Shown here in pieces: positions 45,530 through 55,070 of a DNA stretch of 64,000 nt. The stretch covers positions 3,237-67,236 of the forward strand of contig JANXAS010000012.1 in assembly GCA_025062195.1 (NCBI GenBank), read 5' to 3'. Within the stretch, counting starts at the first letter, position 1, and every line of letters begins with the position of its first letter. Made by a program: the position numbers and the translations under genes. This stretch comes from Armatimonadota bacterium (GTDB lineage: Bacteria; Armatimonadota; Fervidibacteria; Fervidibacterales; Thermosaccharophagaceae). Under the pieces are notes generated by a model. The model saw only the letters and a program-made list of their open reading frames with translations, was not told the origin of the DNA and made no database searches.

Positions 45530-47089
45530 GTGAGAAATGTGCTTTCGGCATTCAGGTCAATTCAACCGAGAGTGCGCCGATGGACATCAACATTAGTCAT
45601 ATTCGGGCTTGCGCTAATTTTAAGCGGCATAACGGTGAAGACGGCATGGAGGCACGCGAAGTTTGAATGGCTTTGGATAGTAATTACCTCAGTTGGCGTA
45701 TGCTCATTCATCGTTGCATTCGCTGTAAACTATGAAAGCATACTTTCGTTTCTCCTAACAAGAAGAGGGCGGATGGGAACAAACGCTCTTATCTCGGCGC
45801 TGCTAATGGCGGCGATAGTGGTTATGGTGGGTTGGATTGGCGACAGGCATCATATAAGGCTTGATTGGACAAGGACAAAACGCCACACACTTTCACCGCA
45901 AACGCTAAAGATACTCAAGGGGCTGAAGAAAAAGATAACGATCGTCGGATTCTACAGGCGAGATTCATTTGAATTTGAGCGGATAAGAGATTTGTTGGAA
46001 AGCTATGAAGACGCTTCCCCGAATATAAGGGCGATGGTTGTGGACCTAAGAGACAATCCGTTACTTGCCGAAAAGTATGGCGTGACATCAACATCAACAG
46101 TTGTTTTTGAGTGTGAGGGCAAACGGGAAGTTGTATCCTTCGGCAGTGAGCAGGAATTTACAAGCGCCATACTTAAGCTGACCCGTGAGAGAAAGAAAAA
46201 AATCTATTTCGTTCAAGGGCATGGCGAACACAGCTACAGCAGCTATGATGATGAGGGCTACAGCAGGGTCAAAGACTTCCTTGAAAAGCTTGAGTATAAG
46301 GTTGAGGGGCTTGAGCTTATGCGCAAACAACAAGTCCCGAAGGATTGTGATGTGCTTGTCATTGCTGGACCACAAAAGCCGTTCATGCCGGAGGAGATCG
46401 AGGCGCTAAAGAGATATCTTAAAGGTGGCGGCAAGGCGTTGATAATGCTTGATCCGAAAAGCGCCGATATGAACGAAGTGCTTGAGGAATACGGCGTTGG
46501 AGTTAAAAGCGGTTATGTTTTTGATATCGTCACGCTGGCAAGAGACCCAAGGGTTCTCCTTATAACCAATTTTGAGCATCATGACATAACTCGCCCATTC
46601 ATGAAAGCAAGGGCGAATGCGCTTCTGTTAGCTGAATGCGCTGCGCTGAAGAAGAGCGAAAAGACACCAACTGGGTATACGGTGACGGAGCTGCTCAAAA
46701 CCACCTCGGAAGCATGGCTCAAAATGGAACTCACAGAGAATATAGCGCCAACAAGGGAGGATGAGCGTGGTCCATTCACACTGGCACTTGCGGTAGCGCC
46801 CTCTTCAACGGCGGATGGTGAGAAGAAGACAAGGCTTGTTTTGATCGGTGACTCGGACTTTGCCAGCAACCAATTTGTGCCCGCCTTTTACAATGCTGAT
46901 TTCTTCCTGAACACCATTAACTGGCTCGCACAGGAAGAGGAACTCGTTGAAATAAAGCCGAGGGAAGAGCCACCGGATACATTCATGCCGACGGGTAGGC
47001 AGCAGCTTTTTGTCTTCCTATGGAGCGTGATTGTCTTGCCTTTGGTTGTGCTCATGGCAGGGATCGGTGTGTGGCTCTCTCGGAGGTGA
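45530..47089 (+). CDS. GldG-like ABC-transporter auxiliary protein (ABC-type uncharacterized transport system)
   Basis: N- and C-terminal transmembrane helices flank a large soluble domain. VLVIAGPQKPFMPEEIEALKRYLKGGGKALIMLDP and RLVLIGDSDFASNQF are typical of GldG-family proteins; this is from recollection. Confidence 0.65.
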   Translation: MRNVLSAFRSIQPRVRRWTSTLVIFGLALILSGITVKTAWRHAKFEWLWIVITSVGVCSFIVAFAVNYESILSFLLTRRGRMGTNALISALLMAAIVVMVGWIGDRHHIRLDWTRTKRHTLSPQTLKILKGLKKKITIVGFYRRDSFEFERIRDLLESYEDASPNIRAMVVDLRDNPLLAEKYGVTSTSTVVFECEGKREVVSFGSEQEFTSAILKLTRERKKKIYFVQGHGEHSYSSYDDEGYSRVKDFLEKLEYKVEGLELMRKQQVPKDCDVLVIAGPQKPFMPEEIEALKRYLKGGGKALIMLDPKSADMNEVLEEYGVGVKSGYVFDIVTLARDPRVLLITNFEHHDITRPFMKARANALLLAECAALKKSEKTPTGYTVTELLKTTSEAWLKMELTENIAPTREDERGPFTLALAVAPSSTADGEKKTRLVLIGDSDFASNQFVPAFYNADFFLNTINWLAQEEELVEIKPREEPPDTFMPTGRQQLFVFLWSVIVLPLVVLMAGIGVWLSRR

Positions 47090-47101
47090 AAATCATCTCC
47101 C

Positions 47102-48871
47102 ATGCGCGGGACGAAAGGGACGCTAATTCTGCTCGCTATAGCAATAGCACTTGGAGTCTGGATTTTCCTTTTTGAGCGCGGACCTGCGCCTGAAGGGAAG
47201 GCTCTTTTGGCTGTTGACCCAAACAAGATTGAAAAGGTTGAACTTCATAACCTGAAGGAGCGCAAGAGAATTGTCCTGCAGCGTGTCGGGAAAGAATCGT
47301 GGCGAATCGTATCACCCATAAACACACCGGCGAATAACGACACAGTGAAGTTCATGCTTGACAGGCTTAAGCGGGTGAAAATTGAGCTGGCGCTAAAGGA
47401 GGATGCCTTAGGCAAAAAAGAGTTCGGCTTCCGTGAACCACAAGGCGCAATCGCAATTGAGATGCGCAGCGGAAAAAGGTATAAGCTGGTGCTCGCAAAG
47501 AAGACGCCAGATGCACTTTATGCGTATGCCTACCGCGAGGATAAGCGTAAGCCAGTTGTGGTTGATAGCATGCTTCTTGATGACGCTCTAAAAGGGCTTG
47601 ATGACCTGCGCGAAAAGCGCGTCACAAGGTTTGACAAAGACAAGGCGAATAAGTTGGTGCTTAGGCATCCAGACCAAACTGTGGTTTGTGAGCGCTCCGG
47701 CGAAGAATGGCAAATAACAAAGCCGCTGCGCACAAACGCCGACGCAAGCCCAATCGGCACCGCACTTGATAAGCTTTCAACGCTTGAAGCTTCCAAGTTC
47801 GTGGACGACAACCCTACGAAAGAGTCGTTGAGGAAATACGGCTTAGAGAAGCCGTCATTTATTGCCGAGGTGTGGGTGAAGGGGCGCGAGAGACCAATAT
47901 GGTTGCATGTCGGAAAAAAGTCAAGCGAGGACTCCACAAAACTCTATGCACGCTCATCCGCTGGGCGCTCTGTTTTCCTGATTGACGAATCAAGCCTTAA
48001 TGACATAAGAAAGCGTTTCAACGATCTGCGCTCAAAGAGGCTGCTCAGCTTTGACACCGGTGAGATTGACAGGGTAAAGCTGATTCACAGTGGGAAGGAG
48101 ATTGAGCTTGAGCGAAGAAAACGCGATGACCGCGACGAGTGGGAAATGCTCAAGCCGAAGAAAATGCGCGCCGATACCACAACTGTAACGAACTTGCTAT
48201 GGGATGTGCATGACCTTGAAGCTCAAAGCTTTATAGACCAACCAAAAGGGCTTGATGAATACGGCTTAGACAAGCCGCAAGCCTCTGTGGAATTGCGCGA
48301 CCGCAAGCGAAACAAGACGATGAGACTCCTCATCGGCAAGCATGCCGATGGGAAAACAGTTTATGCCAAGGCTGCAGATCAAGGGGTTGTGTGCAAAGTC
48401 CCCTCGGATATACTTGATAAGGTGCGAAAGGATGTGAATGAGCTGCGCAACCTTGAGATCGTTCGCTTTGAGCGCGATGATGTAAACCAATTGGCGATTG
48501 AGTGGCTTGAGGAAAAGAAGCGTAAGAGAGTGCTTGTTGAAAGGCGCGGTAACAGTTGGGAGGTGGTTAAACCGAAGAGGATTAATGCCGATAGCACAGC
48601 TATGAGCAATATCCTTTGGACGCTTGAACAGGTTCGCGCTGACAAATATGTTGACGAAGTTAAGGAAGCCAAGAAGTATGGTTTTGACAAACCACAACTC
48701 ACAGCAACCGTATGGCTCAAGGGGCGGAAGGTGATCAAGCTGACGATCGGTGCTCACGACGAGACGAAGAACAATGTCCACCTAATTTCATCACAGGTTG
48801 ATGGGGTCTATTTGAAGTCCGATTACATCCTTGATGACCTGAAACGCTATGCACGCCAGCTGGTGAAATGA
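47102..48871 (+). CDS. DUF4340 domain-containing protein with an N-terminal anchor and repeated beta-rich modules
   Basis: It has a single N-terminal transmembrane segment. Internally repeated ~90-aa modules each contain W(E/Q)(I/V/M)xKP (EEWQITKPLRTNAD, DEWEMLKPKKMRAD, NSWEVVKPKRINAD). It occupies the usual position downstream of gldG-like genes. Confidence 0.65.
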   Translation: MRGTKGTLILLAIAIALGVWIFLFERGPAPEGKALLAVDPNKIEKVELHNLKERKRIVLQRVGKESWRIVSPINTPANNDTVKFMLDRLKRVKIELALKEDALGKKEFGFREPQGAIAIEMRSGKRYKLVLAKKTPDALYAYAYREDKRKPVVVDSMLLDDALKGLDDLREKRVTRFDKDKANKLVLRHPDQTVVCERSGEEWQITKPLRTNADASPIGTALDKLSTLEASKFVDDNPTKESLRKYGLEKPSFIAEVWVKGRERPIWLHVGKKSSEDSTKLYARSSAGRSVFLIDESSLNDIRKRFNDLRSKRLLSFDTGEIDRVKLIHSGKEIELERRKRDDRDEWEMLKPKKMRADTTTVTNLLWDVHDLEAQSFIDQPKGLDEYGLDKPQASVELRDRKRNKTMRLLIGKHADGKTVYAKAADQGVVCKVPSDILDKVRKDVNELRNLEIVRFERDDVNQLAIEWLEEKKRKRVLVERRGNSWEVVKPKRINADSTAMSNILWTLEQVRADKYVDEVKEAKKYGFDKPQLTATVWLKGRKVIKLTIGAHDETKNNVHLISSQVDGVYLKSDYILDDLKRYARQLVK

Positions 48872-49057
48872 AAAACTGTTGCAAGGGTTAATCCCTTGAG
48901 ATGTTGAAACTCAAGCTGAACCAGGATGCCATCACAATGCCTTTTGCGGCGTGAAAGCATGGGCAAAAATAAGTTCACCCAATTGCCCGCGGCTTGCTCA
49001 TCACAACGATGTGGGTGCAATCTTAGGGCGTCACTTATAGCCTTTTAATCTGATGGG

Positions 49058-50020
49058 GTGAGTCAATTGCGCATAGAGGCACGAATACCCATCCGAATAG
49101 ACTTTGGTGGACCTTGGACTGACACACCTGAATTTTATGAGAACGAACCTGAAGGCGGAGCGACACTTAACGCGGCGATTGTGCCATTCATTCCTGATCA
49201 AACGGGACAGCTTCGCCCAGCTTATGTTACCGGTGTGCTTGACACCGGCGGGAGTTTGCTTGAAGCCAAATATGAGACGGTAAAAGGGACGATGGTCTCA
49301 TATGAGGCTGGAATACCAAGCTCTGGATTGGGCACGAGCGCAGCTCTAAATGCACTCTGGCTCGCTTTGATCAAGGCAGTGAGTGAAGATGTGGAGTCGT
49401 TTGAGATGCGCAGGTTGATTGCGGAGAAGTCGCACCGCATAGAGCGCGAGTTGGGTATAATCGGCGGCAAGCAGGATCAGTATGCAGCAGTGTTCGGGGG
49501 GATCAATTTGTTTGTGTTCCATCGCGATGGGACTGTTGATGTGAACAGGCTTGAGATAGGCGAAGATATCATCAACGAGCTTGAAAGCAGACTCATCCTG
49601 TTTGATACCGGCAAGGCAAGGCTTTCGTCAAAGCTGCATGAGCATGTGTGGGGTAATTATTTTGCGGGCAAGAACAGAAGTTGGCTTGTGCGCATGCGTG
49701 AGATTGCATTTGAAATGGCTGATGTCCTAAAAGCGGGTGACATAGACAGCTTTGGGAAGTTGATGTGGGAAAACTGGGAATGCCAGAAGGCTTTGCATGA
49801 GAGCATTACGAACGAGCAAATTGAGCGCATATTTGATGTTGCTATGCAAGCTGGGTGTATAGGTGGAAAAGCCTGCGGCGCTGGCGGTGGAGGATGCCTT
49901 TTGTTCCTCACTGAAAAGGGGAAACGAACGGATGTAGAAAGCACACTTATAAGCATGCCGGGCGTAGTTGTGAAGTTCAAGTTTGATTTTGAAGGGTTAA
50001 AGGTATGGCGATGTGCCTGA
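49058..50020 (+). CDS. GHMP-family sugar kinase
   Basis: GHMP motif II is PSSGLGTSAALNALW and motif III is GGKACGAGGGGCLLFL. The N-terminus IPIRIDFGGPWTD resembles heptose-phosphate and fucose kinases. Confidence 0.8.
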   Translation: MSQLRIEARIPIRIDFGGPWTDTPEFYENEPEGGATLNAAIVPFIPDQTGQLRPAYVTGVLDTGGSLLEAKYETVKGTMVSYEAGIPSSGLGTSAALNALWLALIKAVSEDVESFEMRRLIAEKSHRIERELGIIGGKQDQYAAVFGGINLFVFHRDGTVDVNRLEIGEDIINELESRLILFDTGKARLSSKLHEHVWGNYFAGKNRSWLVRMREIAFEMADVLKAGDIDSFGKLMWENWECQKALHESITNEQIERIFDVAMQAGCIGGKACGAGGGGCLLFLTEKGKRTDVESTLISMPGVVVKFKFDFEGLKVWRCA

Positions 50021-50203
50021 CGAAGCATGAACATCAGTGAATTGGGAGCATTGTAAATAATGCAAAGGTGGGTGTGGGCTAAAGCCAACCCATCTTTTGT
50101 TGCATTTTAGCGCCAATATGTCCTCACTTGCAGTTTGTCCGTTGCCAAACCGTGAATTTGGGGCGATACACGGGCAGGAAACAATTATGGAGGTGATGAC
50201 AAG

Positions 50204-50473
50204 ATGCCAATTTATGAGTATGCGTGCAGTGTTTGCAAGCACCATTTTGATGTGGAACACGGCGCCGATGAGCATCCGAAAATAACATGTCCTGCCTGTG
50301 GCTCGCCAGCGAGAAAGGTGTTCAAGCCAGTGCCAATAATATTCAAGGGCTCGGGATGGCATGTTACAGACTACGGACCTACAGGACCTAAGTCTTCGCA
50401 ATCAAGCTCAAAGGCAAGCTCTAAAGCCGAGCCGATTAAGGAAAAAGAAACGGCAACAATTGATATTGATTGA
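50204..50473 (+). CDS. FmdB-family zinc-ribbon putative regulatory protein
   Basis: MPIYEYACSVCKHHFDV...ITCPACGS is the canonical FmdB CxxC...CxxC N-terminus. A GGAGGTG Shine-Dalgarno site lies 8 nt upstream. Confidence 0.85.
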   Translation: MPIYEYACSVCKHHFDVEHGADEHPKITCPACGSPARKVFKPVPIIFKGSGWHVTDYGPTGPKSSQSSSKASSKAEPIKEKETATIDID

Positions 50474-50731
50474 AAACGCCCGTGACAAATGCAACGCGTT
50501 GGAAGTTAAGCAGAGTGTGCCTTTAGCGGTGGCGGAGAATCGTCTGCCAGAAAAATCATCGTAAAACTAACGGTGCGGGTGAATCGCAGCTGCCACTAAA
50601 TTCAATTGCAACTCATGGGGCGTGTAAGAGGCTAACTAACCATGCTTGACTCTGCTGCAACTGACTAATGAATGGTATCGTCTAACCTTGTGACAAGCAA
50701 ATACCATAACATTTCAGGTGAGGTGTCGCTT

Positions 50732-51313
50732 ATGAAGGGAAGAATGCCAATTGGAGCTGCTGTTGTTATTACATCCCTTGCGTTGCTCTTCGTCGGGTTA
50801 AGGTTTTGCTCATCGCAAGATGTCAACTACATTTGCTTTGAAGCTGAGGATGTGACATCAATAGAGCAACCAATGCGCATAGCCAAGACTGAGAAGGGCG
50901 AGACAGAGAAAGTCTCTGGCAATGCCTTCATTGAGATACCTTGGCTCAAAAAGGAAAAGGACGAACCTATTGGGCGAGCCACATACAAAATCAATATTTC
51001 ACAAAGCGGAGTTTACTATGTCTGGGTCCGCACATACTGGATTCACGGCTGCGGCAATTCTGTGGCTGTTGCAGTTGATGATGGTCGCCCCATGGTCATT
51101 ACGGATAACACATACAACAAATGGCATTGGCCGCGCTCAACAGTCCAAGTCAAGTTGACACCGGGTGAGCACACATTCCATCTAATCGGAACAGAGATGG
51201 GCATTAAGGTTGACCAAATCTACCTAACCACCGATAGAGGTTATGTCCCAACTGGTGTGCGGACGCCAAATTATAAGGTCAACCCGAAGACGGAAGAATC
51301 CAAAAGCAAGTGA
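50732..51313 (+). CDS. Hypothetical secreted or anchored protein with a carbohydrate-binding-module-like beta-sandwich
   Basis: I placed the start at MKGRMPIG, after GGTGAGGTG. There is a signal or anchor helix. The segment GVYYVWVRTYW...GNSVAVAVDDG...LTPGEHTFHL resembles CBM-like domains, but only weakly. Confidence 0.5.
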   Translation: MKGRMPIGAAVVITSLALLFVGLRFCSSQDVNYICFEAEDVTSIEQPMRIAKTEKGETEKVSGNAFIEIPWLKKEKDEPIGRATYKINISQSGVYYVWVRTYWIHGCGNSVAVAVDDGRPMVITDNTYNKWHWPRSTVQVKLTPGEHTFHLIGTEMGIKVDQIYLTTDRGYVPTGVRTPNYKVNPKTEESKSK

Positions 51314-51337
51314 GCGGTATTATTGGGGCTTAACCCA

Positions 51338-52387
51338 TTATTCTGAGCCGCTAACTTTGATCACTTCATGTGCTGCGGAAGTGAGCCGTTGCATGATGGC
51401 TGCTCCGATGCCATGCCTTGGGACAGCTTCAACGAGCACCACATCAAGTTTTTCCTTATCAGCAAATGCGATTCGCTCATAGAGTGAGGCTGCGATACCT
51501 TCCAAATTCCTTTCACTGCCAAGGCTGAGCAATAGCGCTTTAGAGAGAGCCTCATCGGTATGCAATGCTTGCATTGTCTCATCGGTGACAACCAAACACA
51601 CGCTACAGCCAGCTTCCATAAAGTTCGCAGCGCGTTCCTTAAGCGCTTTGATGCGTTCCTCCCGCCCATCAATGTCAACGAGGATGAGGCGTGCGTGAAT
51701 CGGACGATAGCGCCCCGTCATAGCGCCCTCGTCAATTTCAACACCTTTACCGATCACTGTTTCAATCTCCTCAACACCAATTGCGCCGAGGCGGAGTATC
51801 TTCGGCGGGTCAACAGTCATGTCTATGACGGTTGATTCAATTCCGATGCTTGTCTTGCCACCATCAATCACATACTCGATTTGTCCGCCAAGTTGCCTTA
51901 TCACTTCGCCTGCATCCGTTGGTGAGATGCGCCCAGAAAGATTAGCCGATGGTGTAGCTAAGGGCGTCCCACATGCCTTTATCAGAGCCAAAGGTATATT
52001 GTGCTTGGGGCAGCGGACGCCGACTTTGTCGGTATACGCACATACTTCGTCCGGCACTTTGCTTGAACGCCTCAGTATGAGCGTTAACGCTCCGGGGAAA
52101 AAGCGCTCCATAAGCTTCCTTGCAGCATCGCTTATCTCCGTTGCAAGCTCATCAACTTGATCTGGCGATAAAACAAGCAAAGGTAGCGGGCGCCCTTTCG
52201 GTCTGCCCTTAATCTCATACAGCCGTTCAACAGCCCTCCTGTTAAATGGGTTACAACCAAGTCCGTAAACCGTCTCGGTGGGAAATGCAGCGAGTGAACC
52301 CTCCGTCAAAGCCTTCGCAACTTCTTCCAGGGCTTCAGTCAGCGCCTCGACAGTCAGGTTGGGGTCGGCTTTGATTACCTTCGTCAT
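51338..52387 (-). CDS. tsaC: L-threonylcarbamoyladenylate synthase (Sua5/YwlC long form)
   Basis: The YrdC-domain motifs FPTETVYGLGCNP, KGRPKGRPLPLLV and PSANLSG are present, together with a C-terminal Sua5 domain. Confidence 0.9.
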   Translation of the reverse strand: MTKVIKADPNLTVEALTEALEEVAKALTEGSLAAFPTETVYGLGCNPFNRRAVERLYEIKGRPKGRPLPLLVLSPDQVDELATEISDAARKLMERFFPGALTLILRRSSKVPDEVCAYTDKVGVRCPKHNIPLALIKACGTPLATPSANLSGRISPTDAGEVIRQLGGQIEYVIDGGKTSIGIESTVIDMTVDPPKILRLGAIGVEEIETVIGKGVEIDEGAMTGRYRPIHARLILVDIDGREERIKALKERAANFMEAGCSVCLVVTDETMQALHTDEALSKALLLSLGSERNLEGIAASLYERIAFADKEKLDVVLVEAVPRHGIGAAIMQRLTSAAHEVIKVSGSE

Positions 52388-52618
52388 GATTGGGTTAATC
52401 CCTCCCCAATCGCGCAGTTCAACACATTATGCCCCCATGTTTTATTAGGACTTGTGCAGCTTTTTGTATGGTCGGATGATGATATGCTGGCAAAACTTCT
52501 TTTGATTAGAAGCAGCACACCCGAATATGTGGACGATTGTTAAACTGCCCGCACCATACGTTTTTGTTTTTCGGGCGGACTATCGTCCGACCATACACTT
52601 AGCTTGCGTGACTCACGA

Positions 52619-53500
52619 TCATTTGCGCTGTGCCATGACAAATCTTTTGACTCCAGCAAGGTCAAGATGCATCTCAATGCGCTCATACTGACAAGTTGCT
52701 CCGAGCATATCCGCGACTTTCTCTGCTTGATTCACTCCGACTTCAAGCGCTATCAAACCACCGTTGCATAGCCATTTCAAAGATTGCTCAACAAGCCCAC
52801 GAATGTAAAACAGACCATCCACACCACCATACCAGCTTTCCTTCGGCTCGTAGTTGACCACTTCCGGTGGCAACTCAGCCACCTCATCGTCCGAAATGTA
52901 TGGCAAGTTTGCAACAATCGCATTCAACTCGCTTTGCAGCACAGCTTCCAACGGCTCAAGCAGTGAGCCGCGCAGAAAAATGATGCGATCGTCAACGCCA
53001 TGCAGTATTGCATTCTCCCTCGCAAGGCAAAGAGCATTTTCCGAGATGTCAGTGGCAAATATGTATGCCTTTGGAAAATGCACAGCCAAAGCTATTGCTA
53101 TTGCACCGCTACCTGTGCCCACATCCGCAAGGAGCAAATCCTGCTTGCAAGGATAAACGCAACGCAGCCTCATGATGACTCTCTCAACGAGCTGTTCCGT
53201 CTCGGGTCGGGGTATCATCGCTCTTTCATCAAGCTTTATCCTCAGCCCCATGAAATCCCAATATCCGAGGATGTATGCCAGCGGGCGGCGGCGAAGACGC
53301 TGAGTCAACAAATCTTTTAGCAACTGCAGCTCACCCCTGCTGAGCAGCTTATTCTGATGAAGGTGAACTTCCGTCCGCGAACACCCAAGCAAGTGAGCTA
53401 ACAGCCACTCTGCATCCGCCTGTGGTGTTGGAACACCAGCTTTAAGCAATTCCGAGATGAGCATCTTCAAGGCAGCATTAACAACCATGCTTTTGCACAC
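52619..53500 (-). CDS. prmC: Peptide chain release factor N5-glutamine methyltransferase
   Basis: The SAM motif is LLADVGTGSGAIAIALA and the catalytic motif is IVANLPYI (NPPY-type). The N-terminal helical domain is also present. Confidence 0.85.
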   Translation of the reverse strand: MCKSMVVNAALKMLISELLKAGVPTPQADAEWLLAHLLGCSRTEVHLHQNKLLSRGELQLLKDLLTQRLRRRPLAYILGYWDFMGLRIKLDERAMIPRPETEQLVERVIMRLRCVYPCKQDLLLADVGTGSGAIAIALAVHFPKAYIFATDISENALCLARENAILHGVDDRIIFLRGSLLEPLEAVLQSELNAIVANLPYISDDEVAELPPEVVNYEPKESWYGGVDGLFYIRGLVEQSLKWLCNGGLIALEVGVNQAEKVADMLGATCQYERIEMHLDLAGVKRFVMAQRK

Positions 53501-53503
53501 TAC

Positions 53504-54055
53504 CTATGGCAGCTTTTCAACTACCACTTGATTGTTCGTGTAGATGCAAAGGCGCGAGGCTATAGCGAGTGCTTCGTGCGCTATTGTGGCAGCATCAAGC
53601 TCTGTGAACTTGAGCAACGCTCTCGCTGCAGCTTCTGCGTAACCACCGCCACTGCCAATCCCAATTACACCATCATCTGGCTCAATGATTTCCCCCGAGC
53701 CAGCAATGAGCAATAAGTCATTGACATCAGCGACAACGAGCAATGCTTCAAGCCTCCTTAAAACTCTATCAGTGCGCCAATCCCTCGCAAGCTCGTAAGC
53801 AGCTCGCCTCAAGTTGCCGTGGTATTCCGTCAACTTTTCCTCAAACCTTTGGAAGAGAGTAAGGGCGTCTGCAACTGCCCCTGCAAACCCGGCAAGGACT
53901 TTGCCATCATAAAGCTTGCGTATTTTGCGAGCTGTGTGCTTCACAGCTATATTCCCCATCGTCACCTGCCCATCGCCAGCCATCGCCACTTCGCCGTTGC
54001 GCTTGACCGCAAGTATTGTAGTGCCATGAGCTTTAAGCTTCGTATCGCAATGCAC
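53504..54055 (-). CDS. hslV: ATP-dependent protease subunit HslV with an N-terminal extension
   Basis: [21 protein letters not shown]...[13 protein letters not shown]...[15 protein letters not shown]...GSGG is near-collinear with canonical HslV. I placed the start at the GTG at 54055, 6 nt after GGAGGTG. That leaves about 11 residues ahead of the catalytic Thr. Confidence 0.85.
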   Translation of the reverse strand: MHCDTKLKAHGTTILAVKRNGEVAMAGDGQVTMGNIAVKHTARKIRKLYDGKVLAGFAGAVADALTLFQRFEEKLTEYHGNLRRAAYELARDWRTDRVLRRLEALLVVADVNDLLLIAGSGEIIEPDDGVIGIGSGGGYAEAAARALLKFTELDAATIAHEALAIASRLCIYTNNQVVVEKLP

Positions 54056-54095
54056 AGTTTTCACCTCCAAGGAGCTTATGAATCCGTAGCGCGAT

Positions 54096-55022
54096 TCACC
54101 TTTGAGCGCCGCTAATTAATCCCTCCACTTCACTTCTGTATGGCAGTGATGGCTGTGCACCGAGTTTCGTTGTGGCAAGCGCTCCGGCTGCATTTGCGAA
54201 TAAAACGGCTTCACGCAGCGATGCCCCCTCACATAGCTTGACTGCCAGCGCTGCTGTAAAGGCATCACCGGCTGCTGTAGCATCAATTGAGTTAACTTTG
54301 AATGCCGGTATATGCTCAACATCGTTCTCATCAGCTATGATGGCACCCTGCTCACCGATAGTGAGCACGACCGCTTTTGTGCCCATCTCGCGCAAAGCGA
54401 TGGCAGCCTTCATTGCGTCATTTAAGTCGCCGATTGCAAAACCTGTCATTTGCATCGCTTCACTTTCATTCAGCGTCACTACATCGCACATGCTTAGAAG
54501 TCTGAGGGCGAAATCCTGTGCCGGCGCCGAGTTAAATACCACTCGCACACCACACCTATTGGCTATTTCAAGCGCTTTTGTGACCGCCTCTTCCGGGACT
54601 TCAAGCTGCAACACAAGGCAGTCCGAACACCTGATCCTCTCCTCAGCCCCCTCAACATCCTGAGCGCTGACTCGCCCATTCGCACCGAGAACGACTATGA
54701 TGCAATTTTCGCCACCTTGAGCGACATAGATTTGAGCAACGCCGGTGTGCGAACTGCTGTCCCGCTTCAAGAATGTAGTGTCAACACCGGCTTCACACAA
54801 GCTTCTTTCAAGCATCTCACCAAACATGTCATCACCGACTCGCCCAATGAATGAAACTGATGCACCAAGCCTTGCAGCCGCGACAGCTTGGTTTGCCCCT
54901 TTGCCACCACAGGCAATTGTGAAGTTTGTCCCGATAACTGTTTCCCCAGGCTTTGGAAGCCTCGGCGCAGCTGCAACCATATCAACATTGGCACCGCCAA
55001 TAACGGCTATTTTGACGCCCAT
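54096..55022 (-). CDS. rbsK: Ribokinase (PfkB family)
   Basis: [15 protein letters not shown] and [14 protein letters not shown] are the PfkB signatures. A GGAGGTGAGGTGAG Shine-Dalgarno region is present. Confidence 0.85.
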   Translation of the reverse strand: MGVKIAVIGGANVDMVAAAPRLPKPGETVIGTNFTIACGGKGANQAVAAARLGASVSFIGRVGDDMFGEMLERSLCEAGVDTTFLKRDSSSHTGVAQIYVAQGGENCIIVVLGANGRVSAQDVEGAEERIRCSDCLVLQLEVPEEAVTKALEIANRCGVRVVFNSAPAQDFALRLLSMCDVVTLNESEAMQMTGFAIGDLNDAMKAAIALREMGTKAVVLTIGEQGAIIADENDVEHIPAFKVNSIDATAAGDAFTAALAVKLCEGASLREAVLFANAAGALATTKLGAQPSLPYRSEVEGLISGAQR

Positions 55023-55070
55023 CTCACCTCACCTCCGAAAGTGAGCCACAAGCTTGCTTCAAAAATTTCA

